DNA of 64,000 nt from Eledone cirrhosa (GCA_964016885.1 OZ024747.1:69812001-69876000), one strand, 5' to 3'; shown: positions 14,315 to 30,051, numbered from the stretch's first letter. Program-made: numbers and translations. Notes: generated from the sequence alone by a model not told the origin.

Positions 14315-14975
14315 GACAGGCCAAAGTAAATGCATCCTGTAAAGCCCCCCAGCCCACACTGTAAAGTGACCGCAATGGTTACACGGCAAACAGTGCCCAG
14401 CCCACTCTGTGGGGTAGTCGTGTGAGCGTTATGACAGGGGGCACCCAGCCCACACTGTAGGATAGTTGTGTAGGTGTCACGATAAAAGACACCCAGTGCT
14501 TACTGTGAATTGAGGTTGATATTGGGAAAGCATCCAGCTACAAAAACTAGGCCAGAACCAGACTGGTATGGGCAGGACATGGTCACCTGGCCTGGGGTTG
14601 CCCACAATAGGACAATCCCGCCTGGCCCATGTGGCATGGAAAATGGATGTAAAGATGGAGGTGATGATGATATGTGCATATATACACAAATATGTATATA
14701 TAGATCATGTGCGTGTATATGTATATAACATCCAGCCCACACTGTAAAGTGGATGTGTAAAAGATATGGCAAAAAGCACCCAGCATACACTGTCAATGTG
14801 GTTGGCGTTAGGAAGGGCATCCAGCCGTAGAAAACTAGCCGGAAACATTTCTATATGAGTGAAACATCGTCATCCAACCCGACTTGGCTCTAAATGGGAC
14901 AAACCAGTCTAACCCATGCTAGCGTGGAAGATAGACGTTAATCAATGATGATCAGGATGATGATGATGATGATTA
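14315..14975 (+). mobile_element. Two adjacent RTE 3'-UTR/tail fragments with internal CCCAGCCCACACTGTA sub-repeats
   Basis: Sub-repeat array, GGAAGGGCATCCAGC motif, terminal stem-loop and (GAT)n, as in the RTE UTR at 36659-37160. Confidence 0.75.
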
Positions 14976-15003
14976 ACACTCATCATTATTATTATTATAT
15001 ATA

Positions 15004-15192
15004 GGCGGTGGATTGGCAGTATCGGTAGAGGTTCGGACGCCATGCTTTCCAGCATAGTTATGTCCCTTTACGATCTGAGTTCAAATCCCGCCGAGGTTGA
15101 CTTTGCCTTTCATCCTTACGGGGTCGATAAAATAAAGTACCAGTAATGCACTGGGTAATTGCTGGCCTTGTGCCAAAAGCAGAAACAATTAT
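15004..15192 (+). mobile_element. SINE family A, full length
   Basis: Nearly identical to 1678-1856 and 47417-47603. Confidence 0.9.
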
Positions 15193-16039
15193 TATTATAT
15201 TATTTTCCATAATGAGCAGACATACATCAGCACTGTCTCACCACTTGTTGCAGTCTAACATCATCTCATTTGTGAAATCTACCATCTTTGAGATCAGACT
15301 TTACATTCTCTTCCTCTTTTGCAAGTTATTTCCACTTGGATTACTTGGCACATTTTCCTTCAACTGTCATCTTTCACACACATCACATGTCTATAACAGC
15401 ACAATAACAATAACAATACAGCTATGGCATCATCATAGAAGCTATATGCTTAGATAGACAGGGCATTTCAAGGGCAATAACAGCAACAGTAAGAAGAAAA
15501 ATAATATGACAGATTTCCACACTTAATATCATTTTATCATACAGATGACAACAACTAATATATATTAAATTAATAATATATAATCCTCATCATCCTCATC
15601 TTCATCAGAAGGCTGCTTGATCAATGTTGATCTGTATTCTGATTGTATTTTCCTGTCATAAAATGATATTTTTAATGTTTAATTTCAATTATATTAGTGT
15701 GAGCAATTAATTTATATATAAATATGCGTACGTTTTAAAATAAGTATATGTACTGTGTATGGATGGTACACACACATGTATGTTCTTCTGATTTTATTAT
15801 TTTATGAATCTTCCCCAATAAACAGAGAACCGGTTTCTAACATAGAAACAAGACTCTTTCATTGAAATTTAGACTAGGTATGTATGTATGTCTGTGTTTG
15901 TGTTTGTGTGTATGTGTGTGTGATGTATGTTATAGTATGAGTGGATCTGTATGTTTAGTTATACATTTGCACATGCATGGGTTTCTGCTTGTATATGCAG
16001 TTATTACATGTGGAATTTCTGAAATATTTTACATATTTT

Positions 16040-16830
16040 TATAGTTCCATGAATGGACTTGCAACTTCATAACTTGTCATGTTCTCTATGGCTGTGTGAA
16101 GCCCAGCTTCTCAAGTTTTGTACTGAGGCAGTTAGTAATATATCCAAGTGCCCCAATGAAATCATCAGACAGTATCTGTTGCAGTCCTCATTAAATGCCA
16201 GTGAAACAGTCAGACCATTGATAGGGATGTTGATAAATTAGCTTGTAGTTTTTCCTCGCTTTGTAATCATATAAGAACATTTATCCTGACCAAACTCAAT
16301 CCTTATATCTTTTGAGAATGTCATAACCAGATAAGGATTTTTCTTCATACTTTTGATATTCATGGCATACACTTTCAGATTGTCCATAACAAAGCTGTGT
16401 TAGGTTAGGGTTTCTGGCTTCCTTTTTATATCTTCAATATAAAGGTCAAAGTGTTTACTGACAGTATAAACAGTCTCACAGAGGAACTATCACCCTGAAA
16501 TATATCCCTGCGCTAAAACTATTTTATCAGTGACAATATAGTTATCCTTTTAGAATGTTTCACTAAGGATATATTTTAATTGTTTATACTTCCCACTTTC
16601 CCAGCTAATGGTAGAAATATTATTATTGATAATATTTTAGTGTTGATGATCAACGTGTCTGTGAGATATTGTAGCAGTCAAGGTAGTCTGTTGTGACACC
16701 AGTTGCCAGCAGGGACTGATCATGTAGTGTTGTTTGTTGTTGATGATTGGCTTGGTTACAAAGTAACATAGTAGCAGGACACCCTGTTTTGACATGTGTT
16801 GATTGCCTGTCTGATCTAGGAGAATTCTCA
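16040..16830 (-). mobile_element. Highly degraded Dong/R4-like LINE fragments
   Basis: Minus strand reads FSKDIRIEFGQDKCSYMITKRGK (about 16250-16320), resembling the FSxDIGMxFGLDKC RT motif of R4-clade LINEs; Zn-knuckle-like remnant about 16660-16745. Confidence 0.5.
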
Positions 16831-17479
16831 CTTAGTGTTGTCTCTTGTAGAGGTTTCACAAGAAATTTCACGTGGAATTACATTCATTATCGTTTTGAAT
16901 AATGTTTATGTTATTTTTACGTTTTACCAACGTTTTTTGACGTAATTGTTTGGATGTGAATTAATTTAATTCTGTATGACGTTTGTCCAAGTGTAGCTTC
17001 ATTCTGATCATATAGCCAATGGAGGGATCGTTTTTTGTTGCCATTTTATAACAATAGATTGTTATTGAGTTCGTAAATCCAAGAAAAATGTGATTTATAG
17101 TTTCGGTTCTTTCTGTAACTAAAACTGAAAAGATTCTGTATAAATTTCCATTGTTGTTTTTCTTTGATTCCTCACCATTGTTGTTTATGTGGATGTTGTT
17201 TGTAGCAAATGCTTGTATGGCGAATTCAAATTTTAGACGGACATTTTAGACAATTTTCAGTAAAAAGTGTCTTGAATGAATTCTGTCAGAAGAATAACTA
17301 GTTATTTAACAAGGCTGGTAGTTGTCACTTTAATGTTGGGATAGTAATCATCTTAGTTTATGAATAGTCTCCCATGCCATATGTACGATTGCTTATGTCT
17401 AAGTTAATCTCTATGCATGTATGTATGTATGCATGTATGTATTGTTTGATGGATGAATAGGTGGATAAATATCAAAAGG

Positions 17480-17845
17480 TTGAATTATTGCTTGGTAGTA
17501 AGACATGGTCTCTGAATGCAGAGAACATGCAAAGGCTAGAAAGAAATGAGATGAGTATGCTTCACTAGATGTGTAATTTAAAAATATATGAATGGGAGAA
17601 TATAGATGAATTGAGAAAAAAATGGCTTCAGAGAAATCAATTGTAGATTTCAAGAGAGAAGATTGCCTTGGTATAGAAGGTGATGCATATGAAGTATGAC
17701 AGTTGAGGGAAAAAGTGTCAAGTGATCCAAGTGGATGGACACTTTGGTTGTAGAAGACCAAGAAAGACATGGAAATTAGAGGTTAAGTTTGATCTTAGAA
17801 TATCAGAGCTCCTAAAGAAAATGACAAGGGACCACAACTAGCGAT
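17480..17845 (+). mobile_element. Degraded RTE C-terminal fragment
   Basis: Remnants of ETWxL...RLERNExSMLxxMCN...RRLxWY...RPRKTW across frames. Confidence 0.7.
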
Positions 17846-18995
17846 AGTACTGATATATATATATTATTAGTGTCATAATCCTTTTTATGTCTGATTTTAC
17901 ATACTGGCATCATAGAAAGGGGAGACAGTTTCAGGCAGTTTAAATGTAGTCATACAGTCTTCTTGGTGGTGATCCCAACTTAATTTATAAGTACGTTAAA
18001 TACTGCCCTTCTTAGCTGAACCACTATGCTGTTGTATATCACAGTTTATTTTAAAACAGTGTTGATATGAAGATCTACATGTAAACAGACATAAATGCAC
18101 AATCACATACACACATACATACATACCTGCATACTTACATATACATATATATATATATATATGCATACACACACACAGACTTACACACACATTCACACAC
18201 ACACATATATCCTCATTGTTAAAATCCATTTTCCTAGTAGTCTGATGAGCTTTTGATTCCTGAGTCAGGTCCAATTGATAGAGATCAAACCATGAGCTGA
18301 TCAATTGTGAAACATATGTCACATCTAAATAAACTTAATGATCACCGCATCCCTACTTATTATTACTATTACACTGCTTATTACAACCCTAAAGTACATA
18401 CTGGAAAGGAAGTAACTAAACATTGAGTGCTTATTTTGGTGAAACAAGATGTTACAAAGAGAAGGATATGTGCTGCTTGTGTGAAAAGTGCCATTATTTT
18501 TAGGAGTGATGGATGGCTGGTGAACGTGGAAAAGCAGAAAAGGCCGGAATGAATGAAAATGATCTGGTGTATATGTGGTGTATCTCTGAGAAAGACAAAC
18601 AAGGTCACAACACATCACTCGGGCAGGGAATTGAACAGGCAACCTCACGATTGTGAATCCACCACTTTAATCACTAAGATCCGTCCAACCCATGCAACCA
18701 TGGAAAAGCAGACGTGAAAACGAGAGTGATAATGATGATGATGATGATGATATATGCACATATATAACAGTACCACTGATGATGTCACAGAATTGTGATG
18801 ATAGAACTTTCATAGACTATATATATATATATTTATATCTCTATTTTTAACTGTTGGTCAATCAATGATAAACATTGATTGCCAGATAAATTAACTATGG
18901 AGATATAAAAGATACAGAAGCGAAAACCAATCCAAACCAAACAGTGAGTATGTTTTGTTATTATTTCTGACAACATTATAAGAATATGACCTGCC

Positions 18996-19080
<85 letters not shown>

Positions 19081-20504
19081 TAATAATAAAATAATAATTT
19101 AATATTAGTCTAGAATGCCTTGCAGTATTATTTCTTCTGGCTCTGAATTAAAATCTTGATGATGCATTATTTCCTTTCCTTTTTTATTATTTTTGTTAGA
19201 AAGGGGTAGTCAGTTACATTTGAAGTTTATGAGAAAGAGGGATGCCACTCTAGCTTGTTTTATTCAACAAAATACCAAATACCTGCTTTCATCCATATGA
19301 CTGGTCCGATCAACATCTCCAGCTGAATATTCACTCTGTAATACGAGTTTGGAAAACATGAATTTAATAAACTACAATGAATAGGGCATATTTTCCACAA
19401 TTCTTACCCGACATACAGAATTAGGTTTTACTTTTTTGATAAAAAAAACTGAGCTGTAATGCTTTTAATAAAACCTTATATATATGTGTGTGTGGGGGGG
19501 GGGGGGTATTGAATTTAATAAGTAACATTCTCTGTATTTTCTGTTGTAAAAAAAAAATACTAAATGTTACTGATTCAATTCAATTCTCAAATTCCATTGC
19601 TACCTTGTAATCACATCATATATACACACATATACATATGCACACACACACATATATATGTGTATATATATATATATATACACTACACATGCGTGGGCTG
19701 TATATAAATATGTCTTTGTGTCAGTTAGTGAGTATGTTTGTGTGTATGTGTGTGTTAGCAATTGCTGTTTAATGAACTATAAGTTGCATCATAGATATTA
19801 ACTGCAATTATCATTAATATGCATAGGATTGAACTAATTTGAAGTGTCACCTCCGCTATCATGTTTAGAAACTATTGCATAGAATGCAAAGTTAACTGAA
19901 TTAAATAAAATCATTTCACTAATTCTGATTGCCAAGGTCAAGTGAGACCCATTGTGAATATTATGCACACTTTAGAGCTAATGCCCAAACTGTACTTAGA
20001 TTAGTGTGGGGTAATAGAGATATGCAGCAAACTAAAGTTACCCTCCAAACTATAGTTAGTTGATTATTACTGCACCATGTTTACTAGAAGATATGAAACA
20101 CTCTAGAGCAAATGTCCAATATATACTAAGTTGAGTGCCAGTATAAAGTACTTGCCCAAAGATATATAAAATTTTCAAATAACTGCCAAATTGTTGTTAA
20201 TTAAGTGCCAGGGTAAAATGTATTCTCAAAGATATATGACACTCTAACCTAAGCTCGAAACTGTAGTTAGTTGAGTATTATTGTGATGTTTTACACAAAA
20301 TCTTGTAACATGTAACATGCATAGGCCATGTACAAAGGTGCAGCCAGCAAAGTGAGTCAGCAATAAGTATAGCCAAAGCTTTAATGAGCAGGTGGGATTC
20401 CACCAAGTCTTAGTCTTCAGCCCTGTCTATGGCTTGGTTTCTATGGCTGAATGCCTTTCTTAATAGAGGGAGACTAAGGAGAGTGTCTAAAATAGGGGAG
20501 AGGA

Positions 20505-21765
20505 TAGTGGTGTGTATTAATGTGCCCAATGAAGTTGATTTTATTGGGCATGCTCAAATAATGTCTTTGATCTTTTTTCACCTGGTTTTTACTCTAGCAC
20601 TTTCAGAGCATTCGACCCCTTTGTTGATTATGTCACCTAAGTAACGGAAGCTGTCAACTATTTCTAGGGCACCATCTGTGCATGTGATAGATGCTGTCTC
20701 ATGCAAATTCTTGTTTACTAAACCTAAGCGTCTGCCACACACAAAGTTTACATTTTTTGTTATCCCCCAGAGATCCCACTACATCACTTGTGTACTCATA
20801 CTTTATGCTTTCTAAACTCTATGGAATTTCTATCAACTCCTTTCTGGCATATTGAGCTATACCCTTTATCTCAAGGAATCAGTGTCTTGCTTTCTTTCCT
20901 ACTTACTAAAACTTTAGTCTTTTCTAAATTCACTTTGAGACCTTTTGATTCCAGATTTTGCTGCCAAGTCTGGAATTTCTTTTCTAGATCCTTTACATAT
21001 AATTCACCGGTGAGAATTATATCTTCCACACATAGATATTCTCATAGGCAGCCAGTCTTAAACTTCCCATTGTGAACTGGAGGATAATAATAAACAGAAA
21101 TAAACAGAGCCCTGGTGAATCCCTACATGCATGCTAAACACCTCACTATACTCATTGTTAACACTAACTTTGCTGACTTCCCATTTGTACATGGCTCGTA
21201 CAGCTTTCACTAGTGACCTATCTGTTCCTAGTTTCCTAAGAGCACAGCAGATTATGGAACAAGCTACCTTATCAAGGTTAAGGCATAGGACTTCCTCATA
21301 GCGAAGTACTAGTTGTCTAACAAGGAAAAGGGCATCTTGATACATCTACCTGGCACAAAGCCAATCTGCATTTATGCTAGGTTAATTCTATACGTAATCA
21401 ATAGTTCTATAAATATTTCAGTAATTTTCATGACTTGTTTCATCAATTTAAAGTTTCTTACCGTTATAGTAGTTCAAAAAGTTGCTATCACACCAGTCAT
21501 TAGACATGACACTAACCTTGATTTTCTGATTTACTATGTGTTTAAAGCGTGGGGCCCACCATCCCATATGCTTTCAGCATCTCAGCAAATGTTCTTGGTG
21601 ATCCAGTTGGTTTGCCTGTCTTTATATGCCTGGTTGCCTTGCTTACTACGATACAACTGCTAACTTGGAAGGCTGGTCCCTCTGTCGGGTCTACCTGGGG
21701 TAAGCTTTCATCCTTCCATGCATTTTCCCCATAATAAGTGCACTTCATCCATTCACATCCTGGTT
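20505..21765 (-). mobile_element. Degraded RTE LINE (RT region)
   Basis: ENAWKDESLPQVDPTEGPA, MKTGK..AEMLKA, ALRKLG..LVKAVRAMYK..VGIHQGSV; collinear with 37164-39394 but with many stops. Confidence 0.85.
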
Positions 21766-22316
21766 TTCTCCCACCCACCCTATGCCACTATGGTAAGACC
21801 GCTGCACATCCAAAACACTGTCTCCATGACCCAACACCTTCTCCTCCCACTCACATTCTTGATTCACCCTCCTCTACCCAACCATCCCAGCATGGAAAAA
21901 TGAATGCATTTCCCCCACCCCCAAATATTGCTGAGCATCAGTCAGTCCCTATAAAGCAACCTCTCTCTCACCTACCCCTTGCCAAGCAACATGTTGCTTA
22001 CTCCTACTCAGACCCCCCCCCCCACTCCCACCACTGCTTTACTAACCTGGCTAAGGACAACACAATGAGCACACTAGTGTTAAAAAATGGTAGAGTTGGT
22101 GCCATAACATAATGCATTCAGGCCACACTGTCAGATGGAATTGGTGATGTTATGTTAACACATACACAGCACATGCTGTGAAGTGGTTGGGTCAAGGAAG
22201 GGAATTCAGCTGCAGAAACTGTGCTAGAATGGATCTCATGAGAGAGACACATTTATCAGTCTGGTTTAAACTCAAAACAGGACAATGGGCCACACATGAT
22301 GATGATGATGGTAATA

Positions 22317-22368
<52 letters not shown>

Positions 22369-22703
22369 GGAGGTTTTTTTAAATAAAAAACGAGATGTCC
22401 CATATGGGTGAAAGTATAAGGAAAAGTAATTGAAAATGCAACTGGAGTCTTTTTAAGAATATTTATTTATTTCCTTTACCAGTTTCACAGTTCTAATGGT
22501 TTTCAAAAGTAGAATTGAGATGGAGGGTCTGTGGTTTCTCTCCCATATATATAAATAATGAAAAAGTCAGTGTAATTAAATTTCACACCACCAGGATTGC
22601 ATCACAACTTGGAAAGTAAACTATTCCAAATGTTCAGTATTGTCTCCATATCGGTTAGATGATCACTCAGTAGAAATTGAAAGCCAACAATGGAAGCAAA
22701 CAA

Positions 22704-22775
<72 letters not shown>

Positions 22776-22776
<1 letters not shown>

Positions 22777-23777
22777 CTTAATTAAGAATGTAGGATTCAC
22801 ATGCAGCAGCTGTGCTGAGACAGCAAGCAAACAGCCACAGGAAACAAGTACCACCAATCTCTGGGAGGGCCCTGTAGAAACAGTAGACAGCTTCTGCTAC
22901 CTAGGTGACCGAATTAGCAACGGAGGTGGGTGCTCAGAAAGTACAATAACTAGGGTAAGAACGGGATGGAAGAAGTTTAGGGAACTACTACCACTGCTAG
23001 CTGCAAAAGGCTTCTCCCTCAGAATGAAAGGCAGACTGTATGATGCGTGTATCCGAACAGCGATGTTGCATGGTAGTGAGACCTGGGCGCTGAAGGTGGA
23101 AGACTTACGTAGATTAGAGAGAAACGAAGCCTGCATGCTCCGATGGATGTGTAACAGTAATATACGTGAACGACAAAGCATAAATGAATTGAGAGAGAGA
23201 CTGAGCATAAGAGGAATCAAATGCTGCGTGCAGGAGAGGCGGTTACGCTGGTATGGACATGTGATGCGTATGAAGGATGACAGCTGCATAAAAAGGTGCA
23301 GAGCACTAGAAGTTGATGGAAACCGCGGAGTGGGGAGACCCAAGATGACTTGGGATGAGGTGATAAAAGCCGACCTTACCCAACTACACCTCTCAAAGTC
23401 AATGACACACGACCGTGACTTCTGGCGTCACGCAGTAATACAGGGTACCCGACCTCCCATGGGTACATGCTGAAGCATATAAACAATATGCCCCCCCCCC
23501 CCACCGCAAGGTGGTCGTGGAGGTGCCACGGCAAAAAAGCACCCAGCCCACACTGTAAAGTGGACGTGTAGGCGCCACGAAAAAGCACCCAGCACTCACT
23601 GTAAATGAGGTTGGTGTTAGGAAGGGCATCCAGCTGTAGAAATCAAGCCAGATCAGTTCCTGTATGAGCAAGGCATGGTCAGCCGACCAGACACTGCCCA
23701 CAACAGGACAACCCGTCTAACCCATGCTAGCGTGGAAGAACGGACGTAAAACGGTGATGATGATGATGATGATGATA
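22776..23777 (+). mobile_element. 5'-truncated RTE LINE (open C-terminal ORF to 23473, 3' UTR, (GAT)n tail)
   Basis: VDSFCYLGD, KGRLYDACIRTAMLHGSETW, RRLRWYGHVMR, GRPKMTW; begins right after (TA)n. Confidence 0.92.
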
Positions 23778-25587
23778 TATGTATATATATATGTATATAT
23801 ATATATATATATGTGTATATATATATATATGTAAACTTTCAGAAGATCCTGTTAAGGGTGAAAGCAGTGATTCTTGGCTTAAACTTTAATCTGTTATTTT
23901 AATAAATATTTGCTCTACGGTTCTTATATATTTTATATATATTTATCCTTATCGAGCCCTCTTTGGATTTTAGTCTTCAAATTTATTATTATTACTATAT
24001 ATATATATATACACAGATATAATTTAGCGAGAATCGCATTTCGGCGGGTAGAAATTAGCAATAATGTGCAGACAAGCGCTCCATGCATATGAAGAGGATA
24101 GCAGAGCTATAAACATAAGTTAAAACTTAAGCGATTAATTGGTCAAGAGAATTAACCAAAAAGCCCCCAAAATGAACTGGTTAATCACTTGACTTGGGAG
24201 ATTAATACAGATATATATATGAAGTTAGAGGGATATAGATATAGTGATGTGACTATAAAATAAGTACTGGTGCCAATAAGATTGACTAAAACCTTGTAGG
24301 CTGTACCACAGCTTATCCACAGACAAAAGAATGAAACCATTAAAAGAATGAAAGAATGTATATTTAAATGAATAACCTAAAAGTTATCACATTTATATGC
24401 ATAGTATAATAATAGGCATTTAAATATTTCCATATGCATTTATTTTAACTTTTTATGTGTATGACTTATGTCCAGTGATATATTAATTTTCTGTGGTATA
24501 TAGCTTTAATTTTATTTTTGAAATTAATCATGAAACTTAAGTTACTTTCTCAAATTAAATCAACTTTTTATAACAATTTTGTATTACTTCACAAATATAC
24601 TTTAACTCTTTTTCAAACTTTTCATCTAGAGAATATATAAAAAAATTAGAAATAATTTAGAAGACTATGGTAATGAATTAAATAAACCAAAGGGTTGGAA
24701 TAGGTAAAAAAGTAAAATAATTAATTGTACTCTTTTTACTATGAATACTGCATTAATAAATTTCATAAAATTAACTCAAATATCTAATGTTACATTGTTA
24801 CTATTAATACTTTCTATATAGTTAGTTATATGTTTTGAAAGATAATATGATACTAATGTAAAAGTTGTGTATGCTTTAAGTAAACCAGACTATAGTGTTT
24901 GTATTTGCAGGCTTTAGCATGTGAAATGTTAGTAGTCATTACAGTAGGTACTGACAGGTTTGTGTTTAGAGTTTTCTTAAAGGCACTAAGCCTGCCTCTA
25001 TCTATAACCATTGCTAGTAACTACAGTAAAATGTGTGATGCTGACTGTTTGCTAGTGTGATTGTGATGTACTACAACTACTGAGAGTTGCATGCCACTGT
25101 CATGATGACACATACCAACATCATGACATGACTAACAGATAAAAGCTGGTCAGGAAAAGAAATATCATTTAGCTACAGCATTTGTATTCTGAAGAGAAGA
25201 GAACGAAACAACCAATATGCAAAGTATGTTGTGTGTGTATGTAGTGTGGTAGTGGGATGGATGAGCAGAGTTTTACTGCAAAACTTTCAAGGAATCATTG
25301 TTCCTGAGCTCATCATGGCAGAACTAATGCAAACTATGTAGTAGTTTGATTAGAATTTGCCTGCAACTAATTTGTATCCATTTTCTAAATGCCACAGTAG
25401 ATTTTTCTTCACAAGCAACTTCAAGTATCACACCTGTCTAATTAACATAATTGATTGGTAAGATAATTTTCATGCAAAAATAATTGAAGTGTACAGTGCA
25501 TGGTGTATGATACATGGAATGATGAATATTGTAAATTATATGTATCTATAAACATATATATGTATATAGGTATGCAAATATATACAT

Positions 25588-25667
<80 letters not shown>

Positions 25668-25767
25668 TATATAAATATATATATATATATCTATGTTTGT
25701 ATGTAAAAAAATATATATATATATAAATATATATATATATTTATATATATATATATATTTATATGTA

Positions 25768-25805
<38 letters not shown>

Positions 25806-25967
25806 TATATATAAATATATATATAAATATATATATATAAATATATATATATATTTATATATATATATAAATATATATATATGTAAATATATATAAATAT
25901 ATATATATAAATATCTATCTATGTATATAAATAAATAAATAAATATATATATATATATTATATATAT

Positions 25968-26006
<39 letters not shown>

Positions 26007-26048
26007 CGATATTAACAAATGGAAACTATATTTATAAGACCATATCTA

Positions 26049-26109
26049 TTTTATTATACATATTTCAAGGATACCATGTTAAATTATGGTATGCTTTCAT
26101 CAGACAAAA
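26049..26109 (-). ncRNA. Hammerhead ribozyme motif; family copy at 30040-30098 (-), similar motif at 11603-11655 (+)
   Basis: TTTTGT-CTGATGA-AAGCATACCAT-loop-ATGGTATCCTT-GAAA-TATGTATA-ATAAAA. Confidence 0.6.
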
Positions 26110-26191
26110 TACAATATATACCAGTTTTATAAATAAATATTGACGTACCCTTTCAAAATGCAACCGTTACTTTTGGAAGACATCAGGGATA

Positions 26192-26252
<61 letters not shown>

Positions 26253-26277
26253 CATAAATAAATATATTTACATATAT

Positions 26278-26460
26278 AATTGTTTCTACCTTTGGCACAA
26301 GGACAGCAATTATCCCAGTGCATTACTGGTACTTTATTTTATCGACCCCATAAGGATGAAAGGCAAAAAGTTAACCTCGGCAAGATTCGAACTCAGATCA
26401 TAAAGGGCCGTAACTCTATGCTGCAAAGCATGAAGTCCGGCCCTCTACCGATACTGCCAA
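26278..26460 (-). mobile_element. SINE family A
   Basis: Reverse complement of family A body. Confidence 0.88.
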
Positions 26461-26670
26461 TTTACATATATAATGTTGTATATATGCATATATATATTTA
26501 CATATATAATGTAGTATATATGTATATATATATTTACATATATAATGTAGTATATATGTATATATATGTATATGTATAATGTTGTATATATGCATATATA
26601 TATTTACATATATAATGTAGTATATATGTATATATATATTTACATATATAATGTAGTATATATGTATATA
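26461..26670. repeat. About 36-bp AT-rich minisatellite (tttacatatataatgtagtatatatgtatatatata)
   Basis: Five to six degenerate units visible. Confidence 0.8.
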
Positions 26671-26674
26671 TATG

Positions 26675-26708
<34 letters not shown>

Positions 26709-27732
26709 TTGGTAAACGGAATAGAAAATGCTGACAAATTGTTCACAGTTGAAAAATGGTTTAATTAGGAATAAAAGAGTATTAGTGATTGTATGGGTTA
26801 GTATTCAGTTGTGGTTTTAAGTTTTTAAGTTTTTACCGGTTGCGCATTTCTAAATGCTTTTCAAAAATAATTTTGAGATAGAGTGTCCGTGCTATGTGTA
26901 TGTATGTGTAGAAGAGTATAAATCTCCTCCATAGAGAGAGAAATATAAAAGTTTATACATTATAAGGCTTAGTATAAGTAAATACTGATAATATGAATAT
27001 ATCAAAATGAACACAAATAAATATATATAAAACTCTCTCCCTCTCTCTCTCTATCTATCTATATATATATATATATAGATATATGTATACACATATACTA
27101 CATTATATATGTAAATATATACACACAAATATATACACACAAATATATACAAGCACACACACACATACACACACACATATATATGTGTGTGTGTATGTGC
27201 TTGTATATGCACCGATATATATAATATACAGATTTATATAAAATACCAGTCATATATGCATAAACTCTTATTCATTTGTATGAATAATTTAGGTTCTATA
27301 CTCCAGTCCCTCCCTAATTATTTGATTATAAAAAACCTTAAAATAATAATTGTTTGTCTATCTTTCTCTCACTTTATGTAGGTATACATATATGTATATA
27401 TATATATATGTATGTGTGTATGTGTGTATGTGAGTGTGTCTATGTGCATGCGTATGTGTGTGCATGTGTGTGTTTATTGGGCAAATAGTAGCAAAAAAAT
27501 ATGGAAATGAGAATGCTGAATTAAAGTTGAATATTTACTAGAACATGTTCGAAAATGTGTACACATTCGTACATATATATATTATATAATTATATATATG
27601 TATGTATATATGTGTGTGTATATATAATATATATACACACACATACATATATACATACATATATATAATTATATAATATATATATGTACGAATGTGTACA
27701 CATTTGTAATATATATATACACACACACACAT

Positions 27733-27892
<160 letters not shown>

Positions 27893-27933
27893 ACATATAT
27901 GTATATTTTTATATATATATATGAATACACCCC

Positions 27934-27970
<37 letters not shown>

Positions 27971-28279
27971 ATAATAATAAATTTGAAGACTAAAATCCAA
28001 AGCAGCGATTCTTTGCTTAAACTTTAATCTATATATAGATAGGTAGATAGATATATTAATACATACATACATATAATTATATATGGATGTGTCTATTTGT
28101 ATCTGTATATATATACGTGTATATATATATACATATATATATATAAATATATATATATATAGGAACAAGTAAGACCCCGACGGCTGAGCTCAAGCCGTTT
28201 CGACGGCTAATCTACTACCCTAAGTATTGAGTACTTTGGTGCGTTATGGTCCACCTGGTTCCTTACCACATTTCCTTCG

Positions 28280-28360
<81 letters not shown>

Positions 28361-28364
28361 CAAA

Positions 28365-28396
<32 letters not shown>

Positions 28397-28400
28397 CAAA

Positions 28401-28476
<76 letters not shown>

Positions 28477-29118
28477 TATACATATATATACATATATATG
28501 AATACACATAAATATATATATATAAATATATTAATATATACATGGTGTTAGGAAGGGCATCCAACCAGTATATATACTATTGCCAAAAACTATGAGTCCC
28601 ACCCTTGCAAGCAGGGAAAAGCGGGCGTAAAATGATGATGATGACATACATATAATTATATATGGATGTGTCTATTTGTATCTGTGTGTTTTTTATGAGT
28701 ATATAATTTTTATGGATGTAACCAGACTAATATACAAATGTATAAATGCATTCATACATGTATTTCTATTTTTGCTATTTATATATGAAAAACATTAAAT
28801 CTGACTCTTACATGCAGATTTAATTTCTAAATTATACTGTTCGAAATATCATTTTAAATATTCATAAAGAGATTAATATCCATTTAATATACAAACCATG
28901 CAACAGTAATGAATGAATAAATTGAAAATTCTATAACACAACACTGCTTAATGCTAATAAAAAATTAATATAAGAAAACAGAACCAAAATTACATATAAT
29001 AAATGAAATACAACTCTCATCCACAAACGGGAAAAGTGAGATTAATAAGAATTATTTGTTAATGCGAAGAAATAAAATCTTGAAACAGAAATTAAAATAA
29101 TTAACATGTGATTAATCA

Positions 29119-29154
<36 letters not shown>

Positions 29155-29386
29155 TGTATATGTCTGTGTATATATATATATATATGTGTCTATGTCTGTG
29201 CGTATATATATATATGTATATACACATATATATATTTATACATATATGTAAACATACATATATATATATATATGTATACATACATATATATGTATATATA
29301 TATATAGGTGTCTATGTCTGTGTGTATATATATATATATATATAAATATACATACATATATATTTATATATATATGTATACATACA

Positions 29387-29454
<68 letters not shown>

Positions 29455-30051
29455 CGGAGGCCCTATTCAGTTGATTCAGATTTATTTAAAACTCAGTTAT
29501 ATACATTTCACTGAAGACTATCAGTTAAGATAGGCTGAGCTTTTCAGATGGCAAAACCTAAGATAAACATTGAAAGTTCCTATAAACCTTTAACTTTGGA
29601 AAAGTCCATTATTTGCCTGAAAAAGATTTTCTTTTCTTGATACGGGGGACCGGCTGTTTATATTTATCTCTCTCTCTCTATATATGTGTGTGTATAAATG
29701 TGTGTTTATAATTGGATAGAATTCAATCATTCAAACATCAATAGTTTGAACACTCATTATTGGTTGGTGGAGTATAAATTTATTTTCTAACTATCAAATT
29801 ATCAGGGACTTGAAAGTTTCATCTTGTTGCTTCATCTGACCATACATGTATGTATATATATACATATATATTTATTCATAAATACATATATATATATATA
29901 CATGTAAAGTTATATTTAAAATTGTTGGGTTACAACTAGTAAATATTTATAACTGATATAAAAGCACTCGACAAATATTTGGAGTATATTTACGATATTA
30001 AATAAATGGAAAACTATATTTATAAAACCATATTTATTTCACTATATATAT

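Noticed and set aside
14340-14480. CRISPR-like spaced repeats CCCAGCCCACACTGTA
   Set aside because: Spacers are homologous to each other; internal tandem repeats of the RTE 3' UTR in eukaryotic DNA with no cas genes
16860-17400. L1-like Zn-knuckle remnant ETINHIFL on the minus strand
   Set aside because: Single short motif; too degraded to call
22640-22775. N-terminus of the 277-aa ORF
   Set aside because: Chance read-through across (TA)n into a truncated RTE ORF; not a fusion gene
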